In this document: in pieces, positions 46,689 through 55,555 of the stretch
How the letters are laid out: the number at the start of each line of letters is the position of its first letter
How positions within the stretch are numbered: position 1 is the stretch's first letter
Origin: a virus
IMG/VR virus record: IMGVR_UViG_3300005825_000057
Coordinates: 37,534-101,533 of that record
Length of the DNA: 64,000 bases
Direction: 5' to 3' (one strand)
Program-made: the position numbers and the translations under genes
Notes under the pieces: model-generated
The model's input: the letters and a program-made list of their open reading frames with translations, nothing else
Databases searched by the model: none
What the model was told of the DNA's origin: nothing

Positions 46689-47226
46689 AGTATTTTTTTC
46701 ACAAATTTTTTCTAGGAGAAAAACCGTGGGTGGCATCAACGAATCTGTTCTTGAAGCTGACGAGAAAAAGAAAAAGAAAAAAGATGGTGCGGTGCTTGCC
46801 CCCGATCCACCTGTGAGCGGAGTGGTGCTTGCTCCCGATCTTCCCCCTGCGTCCGCTGCTCCGATTGTCAAATCGGAAAAGCCAGTTGAACCGCCAAAGC
46901 CGGTTGCCACGCCTACGCCCCTTCCAGAGTCGCCAGAAGGCATTCCTCGGCAATATCAATCAATTCGTCAGCACATTTCTGCTGGCCAAGTTCATCTGCA
47001 CGATGATGACAACAAATTGAAGGTTTCCATTCCTGTTGCGGAATGGTATGTTATCGTGAGACAGATGAAAACTCTCAAGCCATACAGCTATGTCGATACC
47101 GACTTCAATTGCTTGGCTAATTTTCATCCTTATGCCAAAGATGGCTATTTTGAAGTAGCCATTGAAATGGTTCCGATTACCGTGGGTGACCGATTCAAAC
47201 AATTGGCCGATCTGATTAAGAGATAA
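46657..47226 (+). CDS. Hypothetical Pro-rich protein
   Basis: 189-aa ORF. Confidence 0.6.
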   Translation: MMMNPPWDTLKVFFSQIFSRRKTVGGINESVLEADEKKKKKKDGAVLAPDPPVSGVVLAPDLPPASAAPIVKSEKPVEPPKPVATPTPLPESPEGIPRQYQSIRQHISAGQVHLHDDDNKLKVSIPVAEWYVIVRQMKTLKPYSYVDTDFNCLANFHPYAKDGYFEVAIEMVPITVGDRFKQLADLIKR

Positions 47227-47228
47227 TT

Positions 47229-47591
47229 ATGGACGAAAAAATCTGGCAGGAGTTTTACTGTGGGGAATGTCAAGGATATTTCCGAGTAAAACTCAATATC
47301 GCCCTCAATCATGAAGTTGAAATGGTTTGCCCAAAATGCAAACATAAACACCGTCGATGCATTAAAGACGGTGTGATTTATGAAGGCGGACGTTATGCAA
47401 CTTCCTGTAAAGAGGAAATTTGTCCGCCACTTTCTGCGTATAGCAAGGAACCGCTTACAAGGAAAATGGAAAAAACAAAATACGCCAGAGACGGCGTAGT
47501 AATTGATAAGGAAGATGACCTTTCTAAAAGGCATCCGTCAACTGACAGTATGCTTCGTGAACGCTGGTTTGAACTCTATGGAGGTAAATAA
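47229..47591 (+). CDS. Zn-ribbon protein
   Basis: CGEC..CPKC. Confidence 0.65.
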   Translation: MDEKIWQEFYCGECQGYFRVKLNIALNHEVEMVCPKCKHKHRRCIKDGVIYEGGRYATSCKEEICPPLSAYSKEPLTRKMEKTKYARDGVVIDKEDDLSKRHPSTDSMLRERWFELYGGK

Positions 47592-47968
47592 TGACTGCCG
47601 TAGCTACAGAACGAGAAATCGACGTAGCTTTGCTGCGATCAGGCAACAAGCCGAGTAACTTGTCGGCTAAGATTAAAATTCCTGACGGCTTGCAAATTCT
47701 GGACGATCCAGATGCACGACCACCTTTAGGGTTCGGTGCTTTCCGCATCATGACTCCAAAGGATGGTGATAAGCGAGTTGTCTGGGATAAAAGAGATTTT
47801 GCCCAGATCGTAGAAGCTAAATCTATGTTCGATGAATGCGTTGCTCAAGGGTTAGTTCCCTATCGAGTGGGCGTAAACGGACAAGCCAGTGCCGAAGTTA
47901 TGGCCGAATTCGATCCTCATGCGGAGGAAATTATTTTCCTTCCAATCGCTATGGTAGCGGGAGGCTAA
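47591..47968 (+). CDS. Hypothetical protein
   Basis: GGAGG SD; ends PIAMVAGG. Confidence 0.7.
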   Translation: MTAVATEREIDVALLRSGNKPSNLSAKIKIPDGLQILDDPDARPPLGFGAFRIMTPKDGDKRVVWDKRDFAQIVEAKSMFDECVAQGLVPYRVGVNGQASAEVMAEFDPHAEEIIFLPIAMVAGG

Positions 47969-47969
47969 T

Positions 47970-48809
47970 ATGGTCATTTATGATGCTGGCACCAGTGCTA
48001 TTTCTTATGGCACAACCGCTTCTTCCTGTGCAACCGATACATGGGTTGATTATGGTTATGAAGATTGCACTACCACTGGAAGTATGGGTCGCATTTGGTG
48101 CCCAACTCCTGCGACTGTAAAAATTCGTCAAAAGTGGAAGTGTTCAAATACTTCTGCTACAACTGGTTGGATTAAATATTCAGACAATTCTATAACTGGT
48201 TGTGAGTGGGAAGTTGTTGAAGATGATTATGGCGTATGTTGGGAAGGCACAGGTGCCTCTAATTACGTCTTGAATGCTGTAAGATGGCATTCCAAGCCAC
48301 TCTCACCAGAAGAATTGGCTGCTCAAAAAGAGCGACAGTTTAAGTCTAATTTCAAAAAGATTATCGACAGTCGTTGTGCCCCAAATATCATCATCAAACA
48401 AAATGATCGACGCAAGGCGTTACCTATGCCTGCTGATGTTAGGGAACAACGAGCCAGAGAAACCTTGAAGCGTGTTGTGGGTGAAAGAAAGTTCCAGAAC
48501 TTCTTGAAAGCTGGTTTTCTTTCGGTGAAGGCAAAATCGGGATTGGTTTACCAAATCTTCCCCGGACATGGTATAACATGCGTATTCAATCAAGGGCAAT
48601 TGGTTGATAGATTGTGTGTTGTTTTGCAGGGCGGCTTCCCACCAACTGATTCGCTCATTATGCGGTATCTCATGATACTAAATAACGAAAATCAGTTCCG
48701 CAGCTACGCCATTAAGCACACCCCGACCGTTCAGGTCTATCAAGAGGGCGCAGTCGATACGAGGTCGCTGGCGGAAATTTTCAAGGAATTGAAATCCAAG
48801 GTCGCCTAA
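47970..48809 (+). CDS. Hypothetical protein
   Basis: 279 aa, GGAGG SD. Confidence 0.7.
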   Translation: MVIYDAGTSAISYGTTASSCATDTWVDYGYEDCTTTGSMGRIWCPTPATVKIRQKWKCSNTSATTGWIKYSDNSITGCEWEVVEDDYGVCWEGTGASNYVLNAVRWHSKPLSPEELAAQKERQFKSNFKKIIDSRCAPNIIIKQNDRRKALPMPADVREQRARETLKRVVGERKFQNFLKAGFLSVKAKSGLVYQIFPGHGITCVFNQGQLVDRLCVVLQGGFPPTDSLIMRYLMILNNENQFRSYAIKHTPTVQVYQEGAVDTRSLAEIFKELKSKVA

Positions 48810-48822
48810 GAGACAACCACAC

Positions 48823-48862
48823 TAGAGAACAGCTAGGAGAAATCTTAGCTGTTCTTTTTTTC
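48823..48862. terminator. Intrinsic terminator between convergent units
   Basis: AGAACAGCTAGGA-GAAA-TCTTAGCTGTTCT then T run. Confidence 0.8.
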
Positions 48863-49017
48863 TTTAAGCCATTCTTCAAAGGCTTTGTCTGTGTGTTTTG
48901 TTAGATATGCGTCTATTGCCCCGGCATTGAATACCTTGACTCGCTCAATTAAGTCCTGTACTTCTTCTACAGTAAACTTTATTTCTTTCTTCCAAAACCA
49001 ATCAAATAGTTTTTTGT

Positions 49018-49302
49018 TCATTGTTCCCCTCTATGATATTTATGTGGAGTATTTCTTTCTTCGCCTGACATAACATTGCCAATCATATTAGCAGCATCAT
49101 CTAACAACTTTGTTGCTTGCAATATTTGTGTATGATGTTCTTTCCATCGTTCATCTAAATTGAATGTAGTTCTTATATTAGATGCCAACTGTCGGATTTG
49201 CACTTCGGCACCACTAATTGTGTGTGGCTGTAAGGCTGGGCCATCTATCGAAGGAGTGTAACTATACCCTTCTTCAATTCGCCACTGTTTGAATTTTTTC
49301 AT
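49018..49302 (-). CDS. Hypothetical protein with capsid-targeting-like N-terminus
   Basis: MKKFKQWRIEE. Confidence 0.65.
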   Translation of the reverse strand: MKKFKQWRIEEGYSYTPSIDGPALQPHTISGAEVQIRQLASNIRTTFNLDERWKEHHTQILQATKLLDDAANMIGNVMSGEERNTPHKYHRGEQ

Positions 49303-52235
49303 AAGGATACTCCGTATAGCCAGAGTTCTCGCAACTCTTCTAGGTTATTTATGTAACTTCTAAATGATTCGCCCAAAGCCCCGCCCGCACCGGGTAATTC
49401 GTCATTTACAATATCAACCATTTCATGGTCAATTTGTTTCATCTGTCTTTGAGCCATCACCAACTTCTCCAACGCATCGGCGTTGTGTTCCGAATCATGA
49501 TATTCTTTTCTGTATTCTTGAATAATCGCCGCTAGTTTTCTCTTTTTCTGAACTAGCATAAATAGCTTTTTATCAATACCTTCACCGACCATATATTCAA
49601 TATTTACTGGATGGTTTGTGTTAATTCTGTAAATACGACCTTCACTTTGCTCAGCCGCTTCTGGTGTCCAATCAAAATCGTTGATGACCATGTTCTGAGC
49701 GGCATTGGGGAAGTCAATGCCCGTGCCACCCATACGCATCGACATAACTAAAACTTTTGCGTTCGGATCAGTAGTGAACCTAGATTTTACGGCTGCTCGA
49801 TCTGACTTCTTTGTTTCGGCAAGATATGTCAACGTATAAAAGCTGGGGTTTATTTGCTTTAAGCCTTGGTTGATTTTTTCAACCAATTGCTTTCCAGCTT
49901 CTACAAAGTTTGTGAAAACTACAACTTTACTTGCCGCAGGGTCTTTGTCTAAATTATTTGATACAATTCCCAATACTTTGGCTGTTGTTTGACCCGTCTT
50001 TAAATGAGCAACTGTCTCTCTCGCAGCAATTAACTTAGAGATAGGAAGGCTAGGGTCTTTATATTGATTTACCTTAGCAGTATAATGTTGTTGAAAACTT
50101 GATTGATCTATAGGAGTAGTCTTATCTCCTACTGTGATGTTTGGCATTTCTCGAACATCTTTTTTCGCCCTACGAACATAAACACCCGAAAGATTAAGCC
50201 ATCTGTTTAATCTTTCAGCCGATTTAATTTGCTCATCGTCATTGTCGTCTTGTTCGTAAGCTCCCTTATATCCAGTAGCTTTATAACCAGCGAAATCCTT
50301 TTTAAATTTACCTTCACTTACTTTGCCTAAATGATGGCCTGTCATTACAAGTTGATTTCTAACGTCCATTGGCTTGTTTGCAGAAACTGTAGCTGACGCT
50401 CCCCAGCGAGTTGGAATATTTTCAACAACTTTTGCTAGATTTTGAGATCGTTTTGATTTGCTGTGTTTTACTTTATGTAATTCGTCAAGTATTACGACTC
50501 CAAAATTTGCTCCCGCAAGAGCGGCTACATATTCATCAACTTTTTTGCCGCTTGAAAAATTATCGTAATAAACAACTGTCCATTTTTTAGGTGTTAATGG
50601 ATTTGTCGTGATATTGTCTTTCTCGGCATCGCCCATTACATTGATGATTTCATTAACCCATTGATTTTGAGTTGCCTTTAAAGTAACAATCAATGTTGGC
50701 TGTGGTTTACTCTGCATTCTTAAAGCCGCTGCACTAATTAACTGCACGGTTTTGCCAAGACCAGTCTCATCACCCAAAATGGCGTGGTCACGTCCATAAA
50801 GAAAAGCTACACCCTTCTTTTGTTCGTCATATAAATCAAATTTGCTCTCTGGTAGTTTCTCTTCGATCTTGTCTAAAAACTCTCGGTTGTCGTCATGCTG
50901 ACCTTCCCAATCTGTTTTTTCAAGTCTTCCGCTGTCTACTTTGGCTTTTACAATAGCTCGCAAGCCATCTACGTTGTATCCAAACTTTTTGAGTAATCGA
51001 CCAAATGTAATATATTGTTTGTAATTTCCGCCAACTGAATAAGCATATTCGTCGCCTATCCATCTATATTCTGGAAAGGTGTATTGAATGCTTTCTTTAA
51101 GAAATTCCTTCTTTCCAGCATCTAAGGCACGATAATTTACTTTGACCTTCATTTTTTCTGCTGGCTGATCTTCAAAACTTACTAAATCAGAATTGTTTGT
51201 TTGTTGTTGGGGTTGTTGCGGTTCTGCCGGGCCATCACCAAAGTGTTTTTTAGAAAACTCATCAAGTGGTGCAGTGTCTATTCCTGATTTGGCTATTTCG
51301 TCTTTGACATTATCGAACATGCTTCGATCTGCAATGTTAATCAAAAACCTAGATGGGGCAGAAGCGTAAGCAATGCCTCTAGGAGATAACCCGGCTCGTT
51401 TAAGAGCGTCAAATGTAGCCCTGCTGCGATCAAATGGAACAGCAAAACGAATGGCGAGCTTTTTGCCATAAGATGTGTTTTCAATTCCAATGATCTCAAT
51501 TTCTTCGTTTTTCTGTTCTGGTTGTGGCTGTGGTTGTTGACCGGCTGCTGTAGGAGCATTCCCTGTAGGAGCGGCCTGATCGGGTGCCTGACCACCAGAT
51601 TCATAAGTGATTTCAAATCCTTTAGATTTTAAGAATTCAATTATTTGAGGAAGAATTCCTCGATGTACTCGGTATGAATGCAAACTGCTTTTATCGGCTG
51701 AAAACTTTTTAAATCTAGGAAAACCTAATTTGTTATAGTTGTCATATTCTTTTTCAGCACCTTCTGCTTCAAATGTGGCATCAATGATTCTGTTAATCAT
51801 GATTGTCATTGAACGATCTAAACCATGAGGAATATAAACCTTGGTTTTTCCATATTCAGGAGGCGTCCTGTCGAAAATAACAACTTTGTCTTGGTCGTGA
51901 CTTGCTTTTGCTATCTTTGAAAAATCTTGTCTTACAAGTTGGCTAATTTGTTCGTAATTGTTTATTTGAGTATTTTTATAATGAGACAAAATTCTCAACA
52001 TACTCATGGCAACTTGAGCGGGCACAGATTCCCCACTGAGATGTCCTGATGCGGACATTCTTTGATAGGCTTCCCAATCTTGCTTGTTAAAACCGTAATC
52101 GTTATATTCTCTGGGTGCGCCTCTTGAAGCCATATCCTGAAAAGCTCTCTGAAGTGCCTGAATACCCGGTCCAGATACTTCAGCTTCTGTAGCTTCCCAT
52201 AGGTTTATTAGCTTCCATGTTTGAAAATCTATCAT
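49299..52235 (-). CDS. SNF2-family helicase/ATPase with long N-terminal extension
   Basis: ILGDETGLGKT, ILDELH, ASAT, GGTGIDF, QSEGRIYR. Confidence 0.9.
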   Translation of the reverse strand: MIDFQTWKLINLWEATEAEVSGPGIQALQRAFQDMASRGAPREYNDYGFNKQDWEAYQRMSASGHLSGESVPAQVAMSMLRILSHYKNTQINNYEQISQLVRQDFSKIAKASHDQDKVVIFDRTPPEYGKTKVYIPHGLDRSMTIMINRIIDATFEAEGAEKEYDNYNKLGFPRFKKFSADKSSLHSYRVHRGILPQIIEFLKSKGFEITYESGGQAPDQAAPTGNAPTAAGQQPQPQPEQKNEEIEIIGIENTSYGKKLAIRFAVPFDRSRATFDALKRAGLSPRGIAYASAPSRFLINIADRSMFDNVKDEIAKSGIDTAPLDEFSKKHFGDGPAEPQQPQQQTNNSDLVSFEDQPAEKMKVKVNYRALDAGKKEFLKESIQYTFPEYRWIGDEYAYSVGGNYKQYITFGRLLKKFGYNVDGLRAIVKAKVDSGRLEKTDWEGQHDDNREFLDKIEEKLPESKFDLYDEQKKGVAFLYGRDHAILGDETGLGKTVQLISAAALRMQSKPQPTLIVTLKATQNQWVNEIINVMGDAEKDNITTNPLTPKKWTVVYYDNFSSGKKVDEYVAALAGANFGVVILDELHKVKHSKSKRSQNLAKVVENIPTRWGASATVSANKPMDVRNQLVMTGHHLGKVSEGKFKKDFAGYKATGYKGAYEQDDNDDEQIKSAERLNRWLNLSGVYVRRAKKDVREMPNITVGDKTTPIDQSSFQQHYTAKVNQYKDPSLPISKLIAARETVAHLKTGQTTAKVLGIVSNNLDKDPAASKVVVFTNFVEAGKQLVEKINQGLKQINPSFYTLTYLAETKKSDRAAVKSRFTTDPNAKVLVMSMRMGGTGIDFPNAAQNMVINDFDWTPEAAEQSEGRIYRINTNHPVNIEYMVGEGIDKKLFMLVQKKRKLAAIIQEYRKEYHDSEHNADALEKLVMAQRQMKQIDHEMVDIVNDELPGAGGALGESFRSYINNLEELRELWLYGVSL

Positions 52236-52639
52236 TTTGACCTTTTTGCCCTTGATATTAACTGCCTAATGTTTTTGATATTTTCTTTTTTGATTAAATC
52301 CCCATTATTTAGCCATTCAACCGAATATCCGTTATCAGGTAGTTTTTTTGCCCAAATGATTACTTGTTGGTTGTATCTCTCTCCCAATTTAATCATGTCT
52401 AATTTCGATATATTAGGTATTAAGAAAGACTTCTCTTTTCTATCTTCAAATTGCCCAATAAAAGGCCACGGGTCATAATTTTGCGACCTTAAATCTCCGA
52501 AAAGTTTGTTGCTTCGCTCTTCGTTTGTTTCATCTTCTTTACATGAATCAATTTGGGTGTGGGCCGTAATAATTCCCACTGACTCCCCCTCAAAGCGGAA
52601 AACTTTATTTTCGATCAACCAATTCAGAAAACTTTCCAT
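52232..52639 (-). CDS. DUF3293-like protein
   Basis: GIITAH..N..L..DL..G..EKSFLI..YNQQ; starts MESFLNWLIEN. Confidence 0.55.
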   Translation of the reverse strand: MESFLNWLIENKVFRFEGESVGIITAHTQIDSCKEDETNEERSNKLFGDLRSQNYDPWPFIGQFEDRKEKSFLIPNISKLDMIKLGERYNQQVIIWAKKLPDNGYSVEWLNNGDLIKKENIKNIRQLISRAKRSK

Positions 52640-52686
52640 GCTTTATTTAGGCTGGACAGGCTGAAAGAATTTGTTACTATTAAGGC

Positions 52687-53064
52687 ATGAGCGACATTTT
52701 AATGGGTTACAAAGGTACTTCTTACATGGACACAGGGTATTTCTTCGCACCCTATGTGCCGTTGACGCAAACACCAGTAGTCCTTGACCCTAGCGTATTT
52801 CAAAATAAAAAAGGCATTCTGACCCGATATGGAAAGAAATTGCTCTCGCAAGGAAAGCAACATTATGGGACAATGAGTGTTGGCCACGATGACTCTGGTT
52901 GGGGCATCAAGAAGAAAAAGAAAGTTCAATGGAACAACATTGATGAGCCAATGCAATCTACACGCAATTCGGGAATTGAAGAAATCAAAATCCAATGGAA
53001 CGACATTGATGAGCAATCTACACGCAATTCGGGAATTGATGAAATCTCTGACGAATCCGTGTAA
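52687..53064 (+). CDS. Mini-gene: T4 gp23-like major capsid C-terminal fragment plus duplicated tail
   Basis: MGYKGTSYMDTGYFFAPYVPL..DPSVFQNKKGILTRYGKK. Confidence 0.8.
   Translation: MSDILMGYKGTSYMDTGYFFAPYVPLTQTPVVLDPSVFQNKKGILTRYGKKLLSQGKQHYGTMSVGHDDSGWGIKKKKKVQWNNIDEPMQSTRNSGIEEIKIQWNDIDEQSTRNSGIDEISDESV
52927..53046 (+). repeat. Imperfect direct repeat, two units of about 55-60 bp
   Basis: CAATGGAAC(A/G)ACATTGATGAGC..AATCTACACGCAATTCGGGAATTGA(A/T)GAAATC twice. Confidence 0.9.
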
Positions 53065-53215
53065 TGAAATTGTGATCGACTATGGCAATGTTAATATATG
53101 CCAATTGGGAGATTTGAAATTTCGTGTTGACAATTGGCGTAAAAAGTATAAAAAGAAAAAGGTTTGGCGTTCTATTGAAGAAGAATGGCACCCTACTGCC
53201 GAAGTGGTGGAATAG
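53039..53215 (+). CDS. Mini-gene: ribonucleotide reductase active-site-like fragment plus tail
   Basis: TNPCNEI..NICQLG then KKKKVWRSIEEEW. Confidence 0.5.
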   Translation: MKSLTNPCNEIVIDYGNVNICQLGDLKFRVDNWRKKYKKKKVWRSIEEEWHPTAEVVE

Positions 53216-53283
53216 GCAGACACAACGGACTTAAAATCCGTTGCTCCGTAAGGGGCGTGCGGGTTCAAGTCCCGCCTTCGGCA
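53198..53283 (+). tRNA. tRNA-Leu(UAA), isolated
   Basis: Canonical, ACGGA-CTTAAAA-TCCGT. Confidence 0.95.
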
Positions 53284-53299
53284 CTATCCAGAGAGTAAT

Positions 53300-53815
53300 A
53301 TGAGACAACCAACTAGAATGGAATGGGCTTCTCCGCTGCTTCATGCAGCGATGAATCTACACCTATCAGAAGATAAAGAAGATAAGGAAGATAGTGAGTT
53401 TTGGTCTAAAGAAGGCTTGCTCACCGAAGATCAAATAGATGAATTATGGGAAAATGGAAATGCCACATATTGGAAATGGATAGATTCTGAAGCTCCACAA
53501 ATTTGTAGAGATTTTTATGCTCAGGTGGGAAGTTTACATGACGCAATTTATGATGTTCTCGTAAAAGGCGAAACATCTTTTGAAGTTACTTTACAAGTTA
53601 AAAAAGAAGACCACTCTACATTTGAAATAAATTTCAATTGTGATAAATTGTGGAGTGGACAAACAGCCCCTGATTTTTTCTGTTCGGATGGTCATATTCT
53701 GCTATATGATGAATTTCATATAACAGAAAACAAATTGTCTTACCACTTTACTAGCAATAATGGTAAAGAATGGGCTTTTTACGGTGTTCAAAACATGAAA
53801 TGGAGTCAAAAATGA
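53300..53815 (+). CDS. Hypothetical protein
   Basis: 171 aa, acidic. Confidence 0.6.
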   Translation: MRQPTRMEWASPLLHAAMNLHLSEDKEDKEDSEFWSKEGLLTEDQIDELWENGNATYWKWIDSEAPQICRDFYAQVGSLHDAIYDVLVKGETSFEVTLQVKKEDHSTFEINFNCDKLWSGQTAPDFFCSDGHILLYDEFHITENKLSYHFTSNNGKEWAFYGVQNMKWSQK

Positions 53816-54331
53816 GTAGCGAAAGAATTACAAAAGAAGTTCGAGTCAATCGAGATGATGACCCCGGCATCGTAGCCGAGAAATTTGCAGAAATCCTTAA
53901 TGAATTTGGCATTCAATGTGTGAATACCAACCCAGATTCTGAGGATACTTGCGTCTATAAAATTGAAGTAGACGTGGAGGTTATGGAATTCGATCCTGAT
54001 GAACATCATCACCATGAGGGTTGCACTCACGAACACCATGAGGGTTGCACTCATGGAGAGAGTGGCGGCGGCTCATAACGATATGAAAAACACCGAAGTC
54101 CCAGCCAAAGGCATCCGAGGATTTTTCCTTTATTCTCCTGTCACGAAAGAACATTTTTTTCGTGTATATGATTTGCTCGATAAAAGCAAGTTCACGGACT
54201 TTAAGGTGACTGCTGAAGAGATTGAAGTCGAACTAATAAGCGACTTCAATTCTTTTTATATTGATCCTGAAAATCCCGAAAAGAATAAGTTGGATTTTTC
54301 CAGTAGAGTGCTTGGCAAATAAGGTAATACA

Positions 54332-54907
54332 ATGATTTACGTCTCGATTGACATTGAAACTACTGGCCTCAATTCACAAATCCATGATATTGTTGAATTT
54401 GGAGCCGTAATTGACAATTTGGCTGATCCTCAACCAATTGATAAATTGCCTACTTTCCATGCTTTCTTTAAGAAAGACAACTATTTTGGCAATGCTTATT
54501 GTATGAGTTTGCATAAGCGAGTTTGGGATGCCATTCTTGCTAAAGAAGGAAATATCATTGAAATTGAAGACCTGATGTATGGGTTTTCTAATTTCTTGTC
54601 TAAAAATGGTGTTCCTTATAACGAAGAAAAGCAAAGATATGATGTCAATGTGGCCGGAAAGAACTTTGCTGCTTTTGACTGGCAATTTCTAAAAGCCAAA
54701 ATACCAGCCGAAAAATGGGGCGAAGTTTATTTTCGTCATCGGTGCATTGATCCGGCTATTTTGTATTTTGATCCAAAAGTCGATACAGCACTTCCGGGTC
54801 AAGAACTTTGTCTGGAACGGGCCGGAATGAAGGAAGAAGTAACTCATGACGCTGTAGGGGATGCCTTACAAGTCGTCAAATTGATTAGAAAACACTTTCA
54901 AAAATAA
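54332..54907 (+). CDS. DEDDh 3'-5' exonuclease
   Basis: IDIETTG, GKNFAAFD, THDAVGD. Confidence 0.9.
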   Translation: MIYVSIDIETTGLNSQIHDIVEFGAVIDNLADPQPIDKLPTFHAFFKKDNYFGNAYCMSLHKRVWDAILAKEGNIIEIEDLMYGFSNFLSKNGVPYNEEKQRYDVNVAGKNFAAFDWQFLKAKIPAEKWGEVYFRHRCIDPAILYFDPKVDTALPGQELCLERAGMKEEVTHDAVGDALQVVKLIRKHFQK

Positions 54908-54955
54908 CAACATCACCCTCTAAATAACATATCAGTTTATTTAGAGGGTGATTTT

Positions 54956-55381
54956 ATGGCCGGATTTAGCGATTATGTCGAAGGACAACTAATAACTCAT
55001 ATTTTCAGAACAGGGTCTTTTACCAAGCCAACCACTTTGGCAATTGCTTTGGTAACTAGCGCTGCGACTGATAGTGACGATGGTTCAACTATTTCTGAAG
55101 TAGCTAATTCAAATAATTACGCACGTCAAACTTTAAATCCATTAGATGCCAATTGGTCTGCACCCTCAGTTGGTGATGGCAATACTCACAATCTTAGTGC
55201 CATTACTTTTCCCCAAGCCAGCGGCAGTTGGGGAACTATTGTTGGAGTAGTTATTTTAGATAATGCCACATATGGTGCGGGCAACATTTTGTTTCATGGC
55301 ACTTTAACCGACAATAAAACCATTAACAATGGCGATACATTTACATTTGCTATATCTGATTTAAATATTGTTCTTGCTTAA
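54956..55381 (+). CDS. Virion/tail structural protein
   Basis: FSDYVE..NYARQ..ITFPQASGSWGTI..KTINNGDTFTF, typical of small tail-associated proteins. Confidence 0.7.
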   Translation: MAGFSDYVEGQLITHIFRTGSFTKPTTLAIALVTSAATDSDDGSTISEVANSNNYARQTLNPLDANWSAPSVGDGNTHNLSAITFPQASGSWGTIVGVVILDNATYGAGNILFHGTLTDNKTINNGDTFTFAISDLNIVLA

Positions 55382-55555
55382 AGTTGATGTAATGTTGTGA
55401 AGTTCCCATTCTCCATGTCTAAGCTCAAAAGAAAGCATTAACATTGGGATATTTGTTGGTGAATTATACACCAATACCAGATACTCATCATATCTTTTAA
55501 TTTCGGCTACCATGCCGAGATGAGAATTCCATTTCTCAATAAGTTTTTCCATAGT

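Noticed and set aside
53198-53283. Isolated tRNA-Leu as a prophage attachment site
   Set aside because: No integrase, no duplicated tRNA 3' end and no change in gene style across it.
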